Positions 1-11,100 are shown, counted from the stretch's first letter. The stretch: 64,000 nucleotides of DNA from Sphaerodactylus townsendi (GCF_021028975.2 NC_059439.1:23746001-23810000), one strand, 5' to 3'. Numbers and translations: made by a program. The notes: generated from the sequence alone by a model not told the origin.

Positions 1-306
1 GTTAGCTTCACATAGTACTTTACAGTACATCTGGACATTTTCTCATACCAGAAAAGAACCTTGATCTCTAAGCAAATATTTCAGGCCTTTGATCACTTGG
101 TTCATTTGTACAGAAGTTTGTTTGTTGTTGGGTATTTTGTTTTGTTTTTGCACCACTTTTCATTGAGACAGAAGTAAGCACCATAGTCCAGTCCTAACTA
201 TATGTATGTACATCTGCATAAGTGGATGGATGTCCCCATTGATATCAGAAAAGATTGTTGATGTCCGTGTGCTATGTTTCTTGTGTTTAATGTTGGGTTT
301 AGGTAT

Positions 307-1144
307 TGTTACTCAAAATGGTGAGAATTTGTCCTTTTAGAGTTGGGGAATTAGCGAGAGCAGGTTCTTGGCAGGGGTTGGGCAAAAGTGGAATTTTTGT
401 TGCCTGTATTGACTATAGGAAGGGTTGCTTTGACAAAGAATCCACAGGCAAGCAAAGTAAGTTTAACTTTTTTTTAAAAAAAGAAACAATAATAAACATA
501 CAAGCACACAATAATCAATGCAGCAGAACATACACAGCCCTAGAATAAAAACAGTTTAAATGGGATAAGTTGGGAATAGCGGAGGCATTGGAGGATATAT
601 GTAATAGTCACCGGATCTTGGAGCAGAATGGTCCAATGAGCAGATCTGAGAAATCTGCGCTAACTTTGGTAGAGGCAAGGACAATACGTTGGGGACAATA
701 TCAGCAGATAGAGAGGTGTCCAGAGATATTGAACACTGGGTGGTGGGACAGGGAGCATCTTATAGGGAAAGAGGACCTTCCAGCTTTCTTCAAAGTGACC
801 CTTAAGCTCCCAACACAAAAGGGAAGTTCAACTTTTCAGGGAAAGAAAAGAGTGAAGTGATCCACTGGAGTGGACAATACTCAAGTTGATGAGTGAAGTA
901 CTTAAAATAATATTTGGCAGTTAGCATTGATGGGCTAGGCAAGGGAGTGACTCAATCATGGCTGCAAAACAATGAGAATGTAAATAAGGTGGTCCTTTGG
1001 AGAGAAAGTAGAAATTAGAAAAGAGGACGTTTAAGGTTAGTGCAGTGCTGGCAGGTACATTTGGGGCAATTACATTTGCAAGTCTTTCTTTGAGTGAAGA
1101 GGATAGACAAGGGCTGAAGATGGGAAATGAGGCTCCAAGGCAGA
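307..1144 (-). mobile_element. Solo LTR, antisense to the OR (copy 1)
   Basis: ~840 bp bounded by direct repeat GGTAT (302-306, 1145-1149). Minus strand ends ...GTAACA and has a TATA-like CCTATAAG; paralogous copies show AATAAA. Confidence 0.65.
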
Positions 1145-1201
1145 GGTATTGCTTTTGGGTATAATTCTTCATTTTATGTGTATTTTCTTTTATTTTCCAG
1201 G

Positions 1202-2152
1202 ATGTCAACTGAGAAAGAAAATATTCTACAGAATAGCACAGCACAGTTTGAATTCATCCTTCTGGGTCTTTCTGATAAGCCCAACGTGCAAAGCATATTA
1301 TTTGCCATTTTTCTAGTGACCTATATCATCATTCTGGCAGGAAATCTCCTCATCATTCTCCTCACGTTGCTGGATCCAGCCCTTCACACACCCATGTATT
1401 TCTTCTTGAGAAACCTGTCCTTCTTAGAGATCTGTTACACATCAGCCAATATCCCAAAAATGCTTCGGAATCTTATGTCTGGGAACAAGTCCATCTCTTT
1501 CCTCGGATGTGCTGCACAGAATTATTTTACACTCTTTCTTGGTGGTTCAGAATGTTTCCTCTTGGCTTCAATGGCCTACGATCGCTATGTTGCTATATGT
1601 AAGCCCCTTCACTACCATGACTTCATGAACAGCAAAGTGTGCATGGGGCTAGCTGTGGCATCTTGGTTAAGTGGCTTTATGTCCTTTGGTCTCACCAGTA
1701 TGGTGTTTACCTTGTCCTTTTGTGGGTCCAATGAGATTAACCACTTCATTTGTGACATCCCCCCATTACTGAAATTGGCTTGTGGGGACACTTCCAGGAC
1801 AGAAATAGCTGTGTTTGTATTAGCAATTATATTTATAACTTTTCCATTTGTCTTGATCTTCATGTCTTATGCTGGAATCATTGCTGCCATTCTGGGAATT
1901 TCTTCTGCGGAGGGCCGAAAAAAGGCTTTCTCCACCTGCTCATCACACCTCACTGTGGTGATCTTATTCTATGGTTCAGCTTGTATTACTTACTTGAATC
2001 CCAATTCCACTTACTCATTCAATAATGGTAAATATCTGTCTCTCTTCTACATAGTTGTTGGCCCTGTATTAAATCCTATCATATACACCTTTCGGAATAA
2101 AGATTTTAAAAGTGCCCTTAAGAAAATCTGGGGGAGAAAAGCTTCTGGATGA
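1202..2152 (+). CDS. Olfactory receptor, class II, family 10-like (unit 1), intact, 316 aa
   Basis: OR motifs [53 protein letters not shown]; N-glycosylation sequon NST. ATG 1202 follows a polypyrimidine tract and CAG acceptor (1181-1200). One codon shorter in TM4 than its paralogs. Confidence 0.93.
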   Translation: MSTEKENILQNSTAQFEFILLGLSDKPNVQSILFAIFLVTYIIILAGNLLIILLTLLDPALHTPMYFFLRNLSFLEICYTSANIPKMLRNLMSGNKSISFLGCAAQNYFTLFLGGSECFLLASMAYDRYVAICKPLHYHDFMNSKVCMGLAVASWLSGFMSFGLTSMVFTLSFCGSNEINHFICDIPPLLKLACGDTSRTEIAVFVLAIIFITFPFVLIFMSYAGIIAAILGISSAEGRKKAFSTCSSHLTVVILFYGSACITYLNPNSTYSFNNGKYLSLFYIVVGPVLNPIIYTFRNKDFKSALKKIWGRKASG

Positions 2153-2423
2153 CCAAAGAGCATGGTAATATGGTGCAAGATCCAGAATTTATAAGGCAAC
2201 ATTTATGCCTGCTTTTCACTAATACACAAATTATTTTCACCGAAGGTGCTGGCTCGAGTATCTTTTTCTAGTCATCCTAGTTTATATTCTTTATTACCCT
2301 GAAACATAAACAATGTCTAGAAAAGAGCAATCTGATTAAAAAAGAATGAGCTTGATCAGGTTTTGTGTGTTAGAACTTGAGTCCTGGGCTGTGTTCCCCA
2401 GACAACTTTCTTTGCAGCATTTT

Positions 2424-3175
2424 GCTGTCTGAGGGAAGTAGCTAAGAACCCTCCTAAATTTACAGTAAATTGAGTGCAACATGTTTTCTTGTGTGGTAAA
2501 AAGTTGGCCATAGCCATTTTATTTAACAAAATTGGATCAAGGCAAACAAAGCATATGGCGCAGCATGGGGGTCTGATCTGTGTGCTGGGCAGCCCGAATG
2601 CTGTCCCCCCAGACACCTAAATTTTTCTACAGCACGCCTGCTGATGAAAAATTAACGCGATGCGCTAGGAGCAGCTGTGAGAAGGATTCCAGGATGGTAG
2701 CTGCTGCCACTTCCTGAAGACTCCACTCCTGCCAGGGGCGCAAGCCATAGAAGCCCACGTCTGGGCAGGTTACCCTTTGGCTTGCTCCACCCCAAACCTC
2801 ATAAGGAGGTTCCAATAAAGCGGGTATTTCACCCGCTGACCCTAAACTAAAAGATCAGTCCCCCCATGCGCAATCCGCCAACCCTTAACAAAACAAACAT
2901 GCATTAACAAATAACAAATACAAGGAGGGAAGGGTGGGAGACTCGCGTGCTACAGCAAATGGGGGGAGGCAAAGCCAGTGCCCTACAGCTTCTTAAGTAG
3001 GCTGCCCGGCCCTCCCCCAGATGACGTCAGGGCGCCCAGCGTCACTGCCAGGAACCCTAGAAGACCCAAAGCCTCGCGAGCAGAGGGAACTCGCGAGGCA
3101 GCCGGGAAGGGGGCCGCCCATGGGAGGCTGTCCCTTCCCCAGCAGCAATGGTGACCGCGATAAGTCATGGACGCT
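2424..3175 (-). mobile_element. GC-rich insertion, probable DIRS/Ngaro-like (tyrosine recombinase) terminal-repeat remnant
   Basis: Absent at the paralogous site (15530-15541). No TSD; inserted at a T-run. Minus strand has CRE TGACGTCA (3022-3029), TACTTAAG, CTCCCACCCTTCCCTCC and AATAAA...GCTATGGCC. Confidence 0.45.
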
Positions 3176-3795
3176 TTTTTCTGATAATACTATGCCAATG
3201 TATATATTATAGCGCACTGTTATCTGGGTTTTATTCCTGGTCTAAACAAGAGTTTAATGTACAGAAGCATTTGCAGAATTTATGTACACAAGCATTTGCT
3301 GAGTTAAAGTGAGATCTAAGCACCTTTTTACAGGTGAAAAAGGGAGGAGTCGTCCCCCTTAATCACTCACAAAGGCTATGGTGGGGCTTATGATATTCTG
3401 TATATGTCATTTGTGATAGGGAACACTTGATGAGATTAAGTGGGAAAACCATCAAATGATGCAACAGGTTTCCAGATTTTGCTCTTAGGTCTACAAGTAT
3501 AGAAAATCCAGGTCTACAAGTATAGAAAAAAGATACAAGTATAGAAAACCCATACAAAGTAACAAATACTGGATTCAGAAATTTGTGAATTTCGGTTTTT
3601 ATGGTTGGAATTTTAAAATTATTTTGGCTAAATGTTGATTTATGTTTGAGTAGCTGATTGTATGAGCATGTATTTTTATGCATGTAACAACTGGTCAATA
3701 TATGTCTGGATTTGAACAGGGGTCCTGTTTTTTTATTTAGAATCCTTTTGAGCAGTGAGTATCCAGATAACTGACCTAATCATGATTCATATTTC

Positions 3796-3855
3796 CTTAA
3801 CCTTGTTCTGTTTTAAAATTTTGTCCTGTTTTATATGCCAATAAAGGCTTGTGTG
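3796..3855 (+). mobile_element. Very short LINE 3' tail (RTE-X-like)
   Basis: Ends TATGCCAATAAAGGCTTGTGTG; flanked by direct repeat TGATTCATATTTC. Confidence 0.6.
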
Positions 3856-4066
3856 TGATTCATATTTCTCTATCAGCATATACCAAATGGAAGATTGGCA
3901 CCACTTGGAGAGGGGGCACTTACCTACATACACCCATTTGTGCTAACTACACCCATTTTCAGCCAGTAGTTTTGCCAACCCTAAGAACAAGTGCCAAAGC
4001 TTGAAAATCATCACAGTTGCATGAGATCGAGCAGAGGACTTCATTCCACCCTGATAAAAGCACTAT

Positions 4067-5241
4067 GGCTTAAGTGATCCTGGCCCATAGTGTCCTGTTT
4101 TGTTCTTGGTCAGATCTACCATTATGTAGATACTTCTCCAATGAATAATGGTATCGCTAGAGGAATTGACAGTTTAATCACATGTATTGGAGATGGTTTA
4201 TCAATCAGTAAAGCAATTAAATCACCAGAAGAGAAAATTCTTTCTGTGAATAAGAAGAAGAAATGCTTCTCTTATGATGGTCCTTGCCAACTGCAGTTGT
4301 GAAAATTATCAATATTTTAAAAGATGGGTTGGATCTGAAGCATCACAAGAGGGCATCCCTCCCTTCCTTTGTAGAGCACAGTGCCTCCCCCCCCCTCCAA
4401 AAAAAAACCTGTGTGGAAAATTACGGTAATGTATCTGTTCACTCAGCCAGTTGAACTTTGCAGTATGCTCACTTCAGAAGTTCCCAGAGGAGATCACCCA
4501 GGAGCATAAACCATGTCAAATGTGTTTGGTGAATAGACAGGAGTCAGAATCAAGAGCACTCCTTCCTGTATGAATGTGACTAAGAAACCATTAGTGCTGC
4601 TGATGAATCAGTAACAGAGGGGGCTGACTGTGCAAACAGTGGAAACTTTAGTAAGTTGAAGTTTATTTTATTTGAAAACGTCTGTTGGTATTCTGAAGGG
4701 GCAGACGAAGAGCATTTCTGAAGGTTCGTGCCACTGCTAAACCATTTTTAGAGCTCGATCATTTGGCAAGATTGTTCCATTTTGATGACAAAACTTGACT
4801 GCCATAGTTCCAAATAGTCAAGCTGCATTGGATTCAGTTTGAGAGTTTTAAGAAGGTGCTTATATTTGCCTTAGGAATCAATGGGACTTTACAGCACATG
4901 AAAAAAAAACCTAGATCCTATAGTTAGCGTCATATAATAATTTACATTACATATGGAAATTTTTCTCATACCAGAAAGTAATCTTGAGCTCTAACCAAAT
5001 ATTGCAGGCCTTATGTCACACGATTCACTTGTAGAGAAAGTTGTATGTCATTGAGGTTTTTTGTTTTCCTTTTGCATCACTTTCCATTGAGACAGAAGTT
5101 ACTACCATAGTCCAGTCCATTCCACTCCTGAATGCATGGATGTACATCTGCATAAATGGATGGATGTCCCCATTGATATCAGCAAAGGTTGTTGAAGTTT
5201 GTGTGCCATGGATTCTTGTTTTTGATGTTGGGCTTAGGTGT
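4067..5241. repeat. Segmental-duplication block upstream of each OR unit (other copies ~1-306 partial, 11097-12220, 19162-20355, 26985-27910)
   Basis: Long colinear similarity visible directly, e.g. 'ccagttcaactttgcagtatgctcac', 'gctgatgaatcagtaac', 'gctgcattggattca' recur across copies. Confidence 0.9.
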
Positions 5242-6165
5242 TGTTACTCATTTCATTTCATTATACCTTTATTGGCATATTAAAGGATTATGACAAGAGT
5301 ATAAACATGTGAAAGTCATTTTTAAAAAAGATACTTTCACTCATAATGATGGGAATCTGTCCTTTTAAAGTTGGGGGAATTAGCGGGAACTGACTCTTGG
5401 CTTAACAAGGGTTGGGCACGAGTGGAATCTTTGTTGCCTATGTATATGGAAGGTTGCTTTGACAAGAAATCCACAGGCAAACAAAGTAAGTTTAACTTTT
5501 TTATTAAAGGAAAAATAAAGAACGTACAAGCACATAATAATAAAAGCAGCAGAATGTAAACACAGTCTTAGAATATAAACAGTTTTGAGGGGATGAATTG
5601 GAAACGGCAGAGGAATTGGGGGATATGGGTTATGTCACCAGATGTTGGAGCAGACTGGTCTAGAGAACAGAGCTGTGCAATCTGTGCCAGTTTTGGTAGA
5701 AGAAGGAACCATACTTTTGTGACAATGCCAGCAGACAGAGAGGTGTCCAGAGGCATTGGACACTGGATGTTGGGAGAGGGGGCTTCTTATATGGAAAAAT
5801 AAACTTTGAGGGTTCTGTAGTGACCCTTAATCTCCCAAGACAAAGTTGAAGTTCAGTTTTCCAGGGAAAGACAAGAGCGAAGTGATCAACTTGAACGGGC
5901 GATATTCAAGTTGGTGAGTGAAGTTATTAAAATTAATTTCTGGAGCTTAGCATTGGTGGGTTAGGCCAGGGAGTGACTCAATCATGGCTCTAAAACAATG
6001 AGAATGTAAATAAGGTGGTCTTTTGGAGAGAACATAGTCAGAAAAATAAGTTTAAGATTAGTGCAGCACTGGCAAAAACATTTAGAACAATTACATTAGC
6101 AAGTCTTTATCTTTGTGAGGTAGATAGTCAAGGGCTGGAGATGGGATGCGAGGCTCCATGGAAGA
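5242..6165 (-). mobile_element. Solo LTR copy 2, containing a short LINE-tail insertion at ~5251-5344
   Basis: Homologous to 307-1144; flanks GGTGT/GGTAT; minus-strand AATAAA near 5500. Confidence 0.65.
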
Positions 6166-6884
6166 GGTATTCCTTTTGCTATAATCCCTGCAGTAAGGGA
6201 GTGGCAGTCTATTTACAAGGCAGATATAGGCAAGGGCAAGACCAGATGAGATTTACTGTCTGTGTGGATATCCTAGCCAATGCAGAGAATGGGCTGTTCA
6301 TTTTGACAAGGTACTGTTTGGCAGCCCAAGTGTTAGTAGGAGGGGTAGATCTGAAAAACAGGGCTCCCCCAACCCACCATGGTTCAGTCTGGTAACAGTA
6401 TACTTCTCAGCTGGCTTCTTATCCAGAATCCACATAGCTATCCACTCATTTAGCTTCAAAGGTAGAATTCATACCATTATGTGGTTCATGCACTGGAACA
6501 GTCCAAATTAGTCTGAATATCAATATTACAGTTCAGATCCAGCCACCATTTTTACTCACAGTCATTTGGTTCCCTTATTGTACAGGACTTTTGTCCATAC
6601 ATCTTCTATGATATCCACTGCAGCTTTTTTTGGGGGGGGGAGGGGGCGGGTTAAAGAGTTTCTTTCTTTCTAACTGGCAAGAAATATTTTTGCATACAGC
6701 CCTATATATAACCATATAATTAGTCAAAAGAGGACGTTTAAGATTAGTGCAGTACTGGCAGGTACATTTGGGGCAATTACACTTGCAAGTCTTTCTTTGA
6801 GTGAAGAGAAATGAGGCTCCAAGGCAGAGGTATTGTTTTCGCTATAATTCTTCATTTTATGTGTATTTCCTTTTATTTTCCAGG

Positions 6885-7850
6885 ATGTTGACTGAGAAAG
6901 AAAATATTCCACAGAACAGCACAGTACTGTTTAAATTCATCCTTCTGGGTCTTTCTGATGAGCCCAGCATGCAAAGTATATTATTTTCCATTTTTCTCGT
7001 GATCTATATCATCATTCTGGCAGGAAATCTCCTCATCATTCTCCTCACATTGCTGGATCCGGCCCTTCACACACCCATGTATTTCTTCTTGAGAAACCTG
7101 TCCTTTTTAGAGATCTGTTACACATCAGTCAATGTCCCAAAGATGCTTTGGAATCTTCTGTCTGGGAACAAGTCCATCTCTTTCCTAGGATGTGCTGTAC
7201 AGACTTATTTTGCATTTTTTCTTGGTGGTTCAGAATGTTTCCTCTTGGCTACAATGGCCTACGATCGCTATGTTGCCATTTGTAAACCTCTTCACTACCA
7301 TGTCTTCATGAACAGCAAAGTCTGCATGGGTTTAGCTGTGGCCTCTTGGTTCAGTGGCTTTTTTATGTCCTTTGGTCACACCAGTATGGTGTTCACCTTG
7401 TCCTTTTGTGGGTCCAATGAGATTAACCACTTCTTTTGTGACATCCCCCCATTACTGAAATTGGCTTGTGGGGACACTTCGAGGATTGAAATAGCTGTGT
7501 TTGTAGTAGCGATGATATTTGTAACTTTTCCATTTGTCTTGATCTTAATGTCTTATGCTGGTATCATTGCCACCATTCTGGGAATTTCTTCTGCTGAGGG
7601 TCGAAAAAAGACTTTCTCCACCTGCTCATCACACCTCATTGTTGTGGTCTTATTCTTTGGTTCTGCATCCATAATGTACTTGAAACCCAATTCAACTTAT
7701 TCACCTAACACTGATAAATATCTGTCTCTTTTCTATACAGTGTTTAGCCCAATATTGAATCCTATCATATACAGCTTGCGGAATAAAGAAGTGAAAAGCG
7801 CCTTTAAAAAAATTTGGGAGGGAAATTTTTTGGCTGATCTAAGAACATGA
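6885..7850 (+). CDS. Olfactory receptor, family 10-like (unit 2), intact, 321 aa
   Basis: All canonical OR motifs ([45 protein letters not shown]); ATG after ttttattttccag|G acceptor. Confidence 0.95.
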   Translation: MLTEKENIPQNSTVLFKFILLGLSDEPSMQSILFSIFLVIYIIILAGNLLIILLTLLDPALHTPMYFFLRNLSFLEICYTSVNVPKMLWNLLSGNKSISFLGCAVQTYFAFFLGGSECFLLATMAYDRYVAICKPLHYHVFMNSKVCMGLAVASWFSGFFMSFGHTSMVFTLSFCGSNEINHFFCDIPPLLKLACGDTSRIEIAVFVVAMIFVTFPFVLILMSYAGIIATILGISSAEGRKKTFSTCSSHLIVVVLFFGSASIMYLKPNSTYSPNTDKYLSLFYTVFSPILNPIIYSLRNKEVKSAFKKIWEGNFLADLRT

Positions 7851-8435
7851 GTCTATAGTGTGAGAATGAAAACAGGCAAGGAGACATTTGTGCCAACCTA
7901 TTCCTCATGGTTACATGCAGTTGTCTCACAGAAGGATACATATCTCATTATTTCCAGCCTAATTAATCTGTGTGTTTTTTTTCTGAAATATAGTGTCTAA
8001 AATTAGTGGGATCACACTGAATTACAAACAACATTAATAGAAGATTTCTTCTGAATTATGAATACTTTGGCCACATGTTGTGTGTTGATGAATGGAGATC
8101 AGGATTTGGATTGGAAACAACCAGATATTACTCTTGTGAATCGGGCATGACCACCAACAAAGGTTACGCCAGAGATTACTTGACTTGCATGAAGAAAATC
8201 CATGTTGGACTGGGGATGATGAAGAGAGGGGTATTACGTGAGAATGAGTGAAAATGCTGAAGGATCCAACCCTGTACCATACAGAGGCCTTTCCACGCTG
8301 CTGGGTTCTTGTTGTTGTTTTGGTAGCAATAGACCAGTAGCCTGCCTGTGATATATAGTTAACTGGGTTCAATTTTTTGTTATAATTAGCATGGTTCAAC
8401 CACACATAATCATATGATGAATCATTGCTTTCACC

Positions 8436-8547
8436 TCCTGCATGTGAGCTCCCAAAGGCACCCGGTGGGCCACTGCGAGTAGCAGAGTGCTGGACTAGAT
8501 GGACTCTGGTCTGATCCAGCAGGCTTGTTCTTATGTTCTTATGTTCA
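8436..8547 (+). mobile_element. CR1 LINE 3' end
   Basis: CTGGACTAGATGGAC...CTGATCCAGC followed by (TTCTTATG)n; complementary match to the element at 50228. Confidence 0.85.
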
Positions 8548-9127
8548 TTGTTATACGGTGATAGGTGAACACATTTCGTGTTGTTAAAAAAGACAGGAAG
8601 AAAATGCTATGCTCAGGATTATAGGACAAACATGGGCAAATGTGGAATGAAATGTGGGCATTATAGAAGAATAATTGAGTGAGTCTGAGCCCAAAATCTG
8701 CCTGGATGCACACGTACACTTTTTAAAAATAAAATTATTATGTTAAAACTTGCTGACTTTTTATCACAACTTGTAAACTGAGAATTTTGCTGCCCTGATT
8801 GTGGAGGTTAATTTTAGTCACCGTGGCTATAACCTCCGATAGGTTTGTCCTCCATAACTCTAGCTAATTTCAGTTTAAGGCCAGGAATTTTTATGACTAT
8901 CACTACATCCTCTGGTGGCAAAATACTCATCTTAATTACTTGCTGAATCTTGAAGTATTTGCTATTGTCTATCCTGAGCTAATTCCCATCAGCTTGGGGT
9001 AAGGGGAAAAATAGTAGAATTCAAAGAACCCAGTGAATTTGATCCCAGTGGTCAGAGTTGTGGCATGCTCTCTAGGTTTCATGCATAGAACTGAAGTCCA
9101 AGGAGTCACAGAGAGGTCTGAGGGAAC

Positions 9128-9560
9128 CATTGTGATACAGTGGTTAAGAGGGGCAGACTCTGATGTGGAAAACTGGGTTTAATTCCCTGCTTTTTCACAT
9201 GAACAGTAAACTCTAATCTGGTAAACCAGATTTTTTAATTGATTCATTGAATTTAAATGCCCCCCTTCCTCTTACCAAGGGCTGCTCCTATCGGATGATT
9301 ATATGATAAAACCACAAACTTAAAGAGCAAATAAAACAGTTAACATGAAGACACTATGATGTTTATCGTTTGTTTCTTTTCTCCTCCCCACGCAGCCTTC
9401 TGGTTGACCTTGGGCTAGTTACAGTTGTCTCGGAACTGTCTCAGCCCCACTAACCTTACAAGGTGTTTGTTCGGAGGAGGGGAAGAGAAGCTGATTGTAA
9501 GCAGGTCTGTAACTCCTTAAAGAAAGAGAAAAGTGGATATACAAGCCAACTCCTCTTCCT
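9128..9560 (+). mobile_element. Decayed, interrupted Squam3/MIR-like tRNA SINE
   Basis: GTGGTTAAGAG...GGGTTTAATTCCC head; TGACCTTGGGCTAG core; CTCCTCTTCC tail. Confidence 0.6.
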
Positions 9561-9699
9561 TTTCCTCAACAGCAGTCAATTTTTCTCTTTGTTACCAATC
9601 TCCTTTAAGAGATTATCTCAAGAAGGGAGGGGTCTCTCATGCCTCTGAATTAGATCTAGTGGTTCCCAAAGCAATAACAGTGAAAATATGTATGCCAAT

Positions 9700-9808
9700 A
9701 TAACATTATTGATTGTTGTTTTAATGGAATTTTATTGTAACTATTGTTTTATTGTGTTGTTCACCGCCCAGAGCCCTTCGGGGGAGGGGCGGTATATAAA
9801 ACCAATTA

Positions 9809-9852
<44 letters not shown>
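9700..9852 (+). mobile_element. L2-type LINE 3' tail with (AAAT)n
   Basis: ACCGCCCAGAGCCCTTCGGGGGAGGGGCGGTATATA then (TAAA)n. Confidence 0.7.
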
Positions 9853-9923
9853 ATTTACAATTCACTTTTAGGTCAGACCCTAGGCTAGGAAGCACTGATC
9901 TAACTTTCTAACTATTACTTCAA

Positions 9924-10491
9924 TTACGTGACTCTCTAGGAATCCCCCAAATCTGCATGGTGATGTGTAGATTTCAAGAGAGTTGCTGAGGCGATTCTGA
10001 ATACCTTACCCAGTTGAAACCCTTAGCCAGTTGGAACCATGTAACTTAATTGACCTGGACCTTCAGGAGATTCAATGCAAGACGCAAAGTTGTAAATGGT
10101 CCCTGGCAAAAACATGCATCAATAATTATACAGCTTCCAATTCTAATGCGTCAAATGCAACCATTCAAATAGAAGATTATGAGATTGACAGATATTCCAC
10201 AAGGGTAGTGGGCCAAGCAATGGTTAAATCTTTGGAAGGCATATCTTGGGCACAAGAACTTATGGAGTATGCAGCATTGGAAGACTGTTTATTAGAACCA
10301 GATCTTGATCTGGTTCCCAATTATTCGCCCCCTCAGACAGTAGCAACGACGAACCCTATTGAGGGGATGGATTCTCTCAATGGGTGTGTATTTCATGATA
10401 GCAATGGGATGTTGGACCAACTAAATGAGGCGGATTGACTGATATTGAAAACATCTGACCCCAATACATCTCTCAGCCTCCTATCTTGGAA
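9924..10491 (+). mobile_element. Internal LINE fragment (putative ORF1 end / ORF2 start)
   Basis: Absent in the paralog at ~26710. Flanked by TAACTATTACTTCAA repeats; ends in LSLLSWN, resembling an APE endonuclease N-terminus. Confidence 0.5.
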
Positions 10492-10949
10492 TAACTATTA
10501 CTTCAACAACACAACACAACACAAGCTATTACTTGTTTTTCTTGCCTGTTCTCCAAGGAGGTCAAAATGTTAACAACTTTGACAGATCACAGAACTATGG
10601 GATGATAAAACATCAGGATGCTTTAAGAATTGATATTGTGATTACTTTGTACATTTCATAATAGTCAGAGATGATCCCAAAGATTAAATTCCTTGACTAA
10701 GGTTCCAGCCCTTTTGAGGAAAAATTCAAAGGTTGTTTTTTAAAAGTCCTCTGTACCCCTGTAAACTGCTGCTCTTCCTGATTATTCTACAAAGGAGAAG
10801 ATCTCCTAACGACACAGAAGCTGTATTTGGAGAAGCTGTCAGTCATCCAGATATGACATTTCAAGGCATCACGATCAAAAATATTCAAAGATTTAAAAAC
10901 ATACAACTCGAAGCACAGGAGGAAATATGACGGCCCCTTAGTCTCCCTT

Positions 10950-11100
10950 AGGCCCCTTCTGCACAAACAGAATAATGCCCTTTCAATCCACTTCAATGCG
11001 CTTAGAAGCTGCATTTTACTGTGTGGAACAGCAAGAGTCACTTTCAAATAATAGTGAAAGCAGATTGAATGTGCATTATTCTGCATATGCAGACAGGGCC
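10950..11100. mobile_element. PIF/Harbinger-like MITE
   Basis: TIR GGCCCCTTCTGCACA...TGCAGACAGGGCC with TTA/TAA flanks; paralogous copy at 19014-19165. Confidence 0.7.

Noticed and set aside
1127-1201. N-terminal extensions in the ORF track (starts at 1127, 6801, 14273, 29101, 55974)
   Set aside because: They run through LTR sequence or a polypyrimidine tract and splice acceptor, or begin at a non-ATG codon. The shared ATG after the acceptor is the better start.
4067-6720. Short resemblances of minus-strand translations to a mononegaviral (bornavirus-like) L protein, a foamy-virus Env 'PFVQVN' motif and a piggyBac 'DES' motif, all recalled from memory
   Set aside because: The matches are only a few residues, fall in different frames and are not colinear. 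They cannot be supported without a search, so the region is kept only as unidentified.
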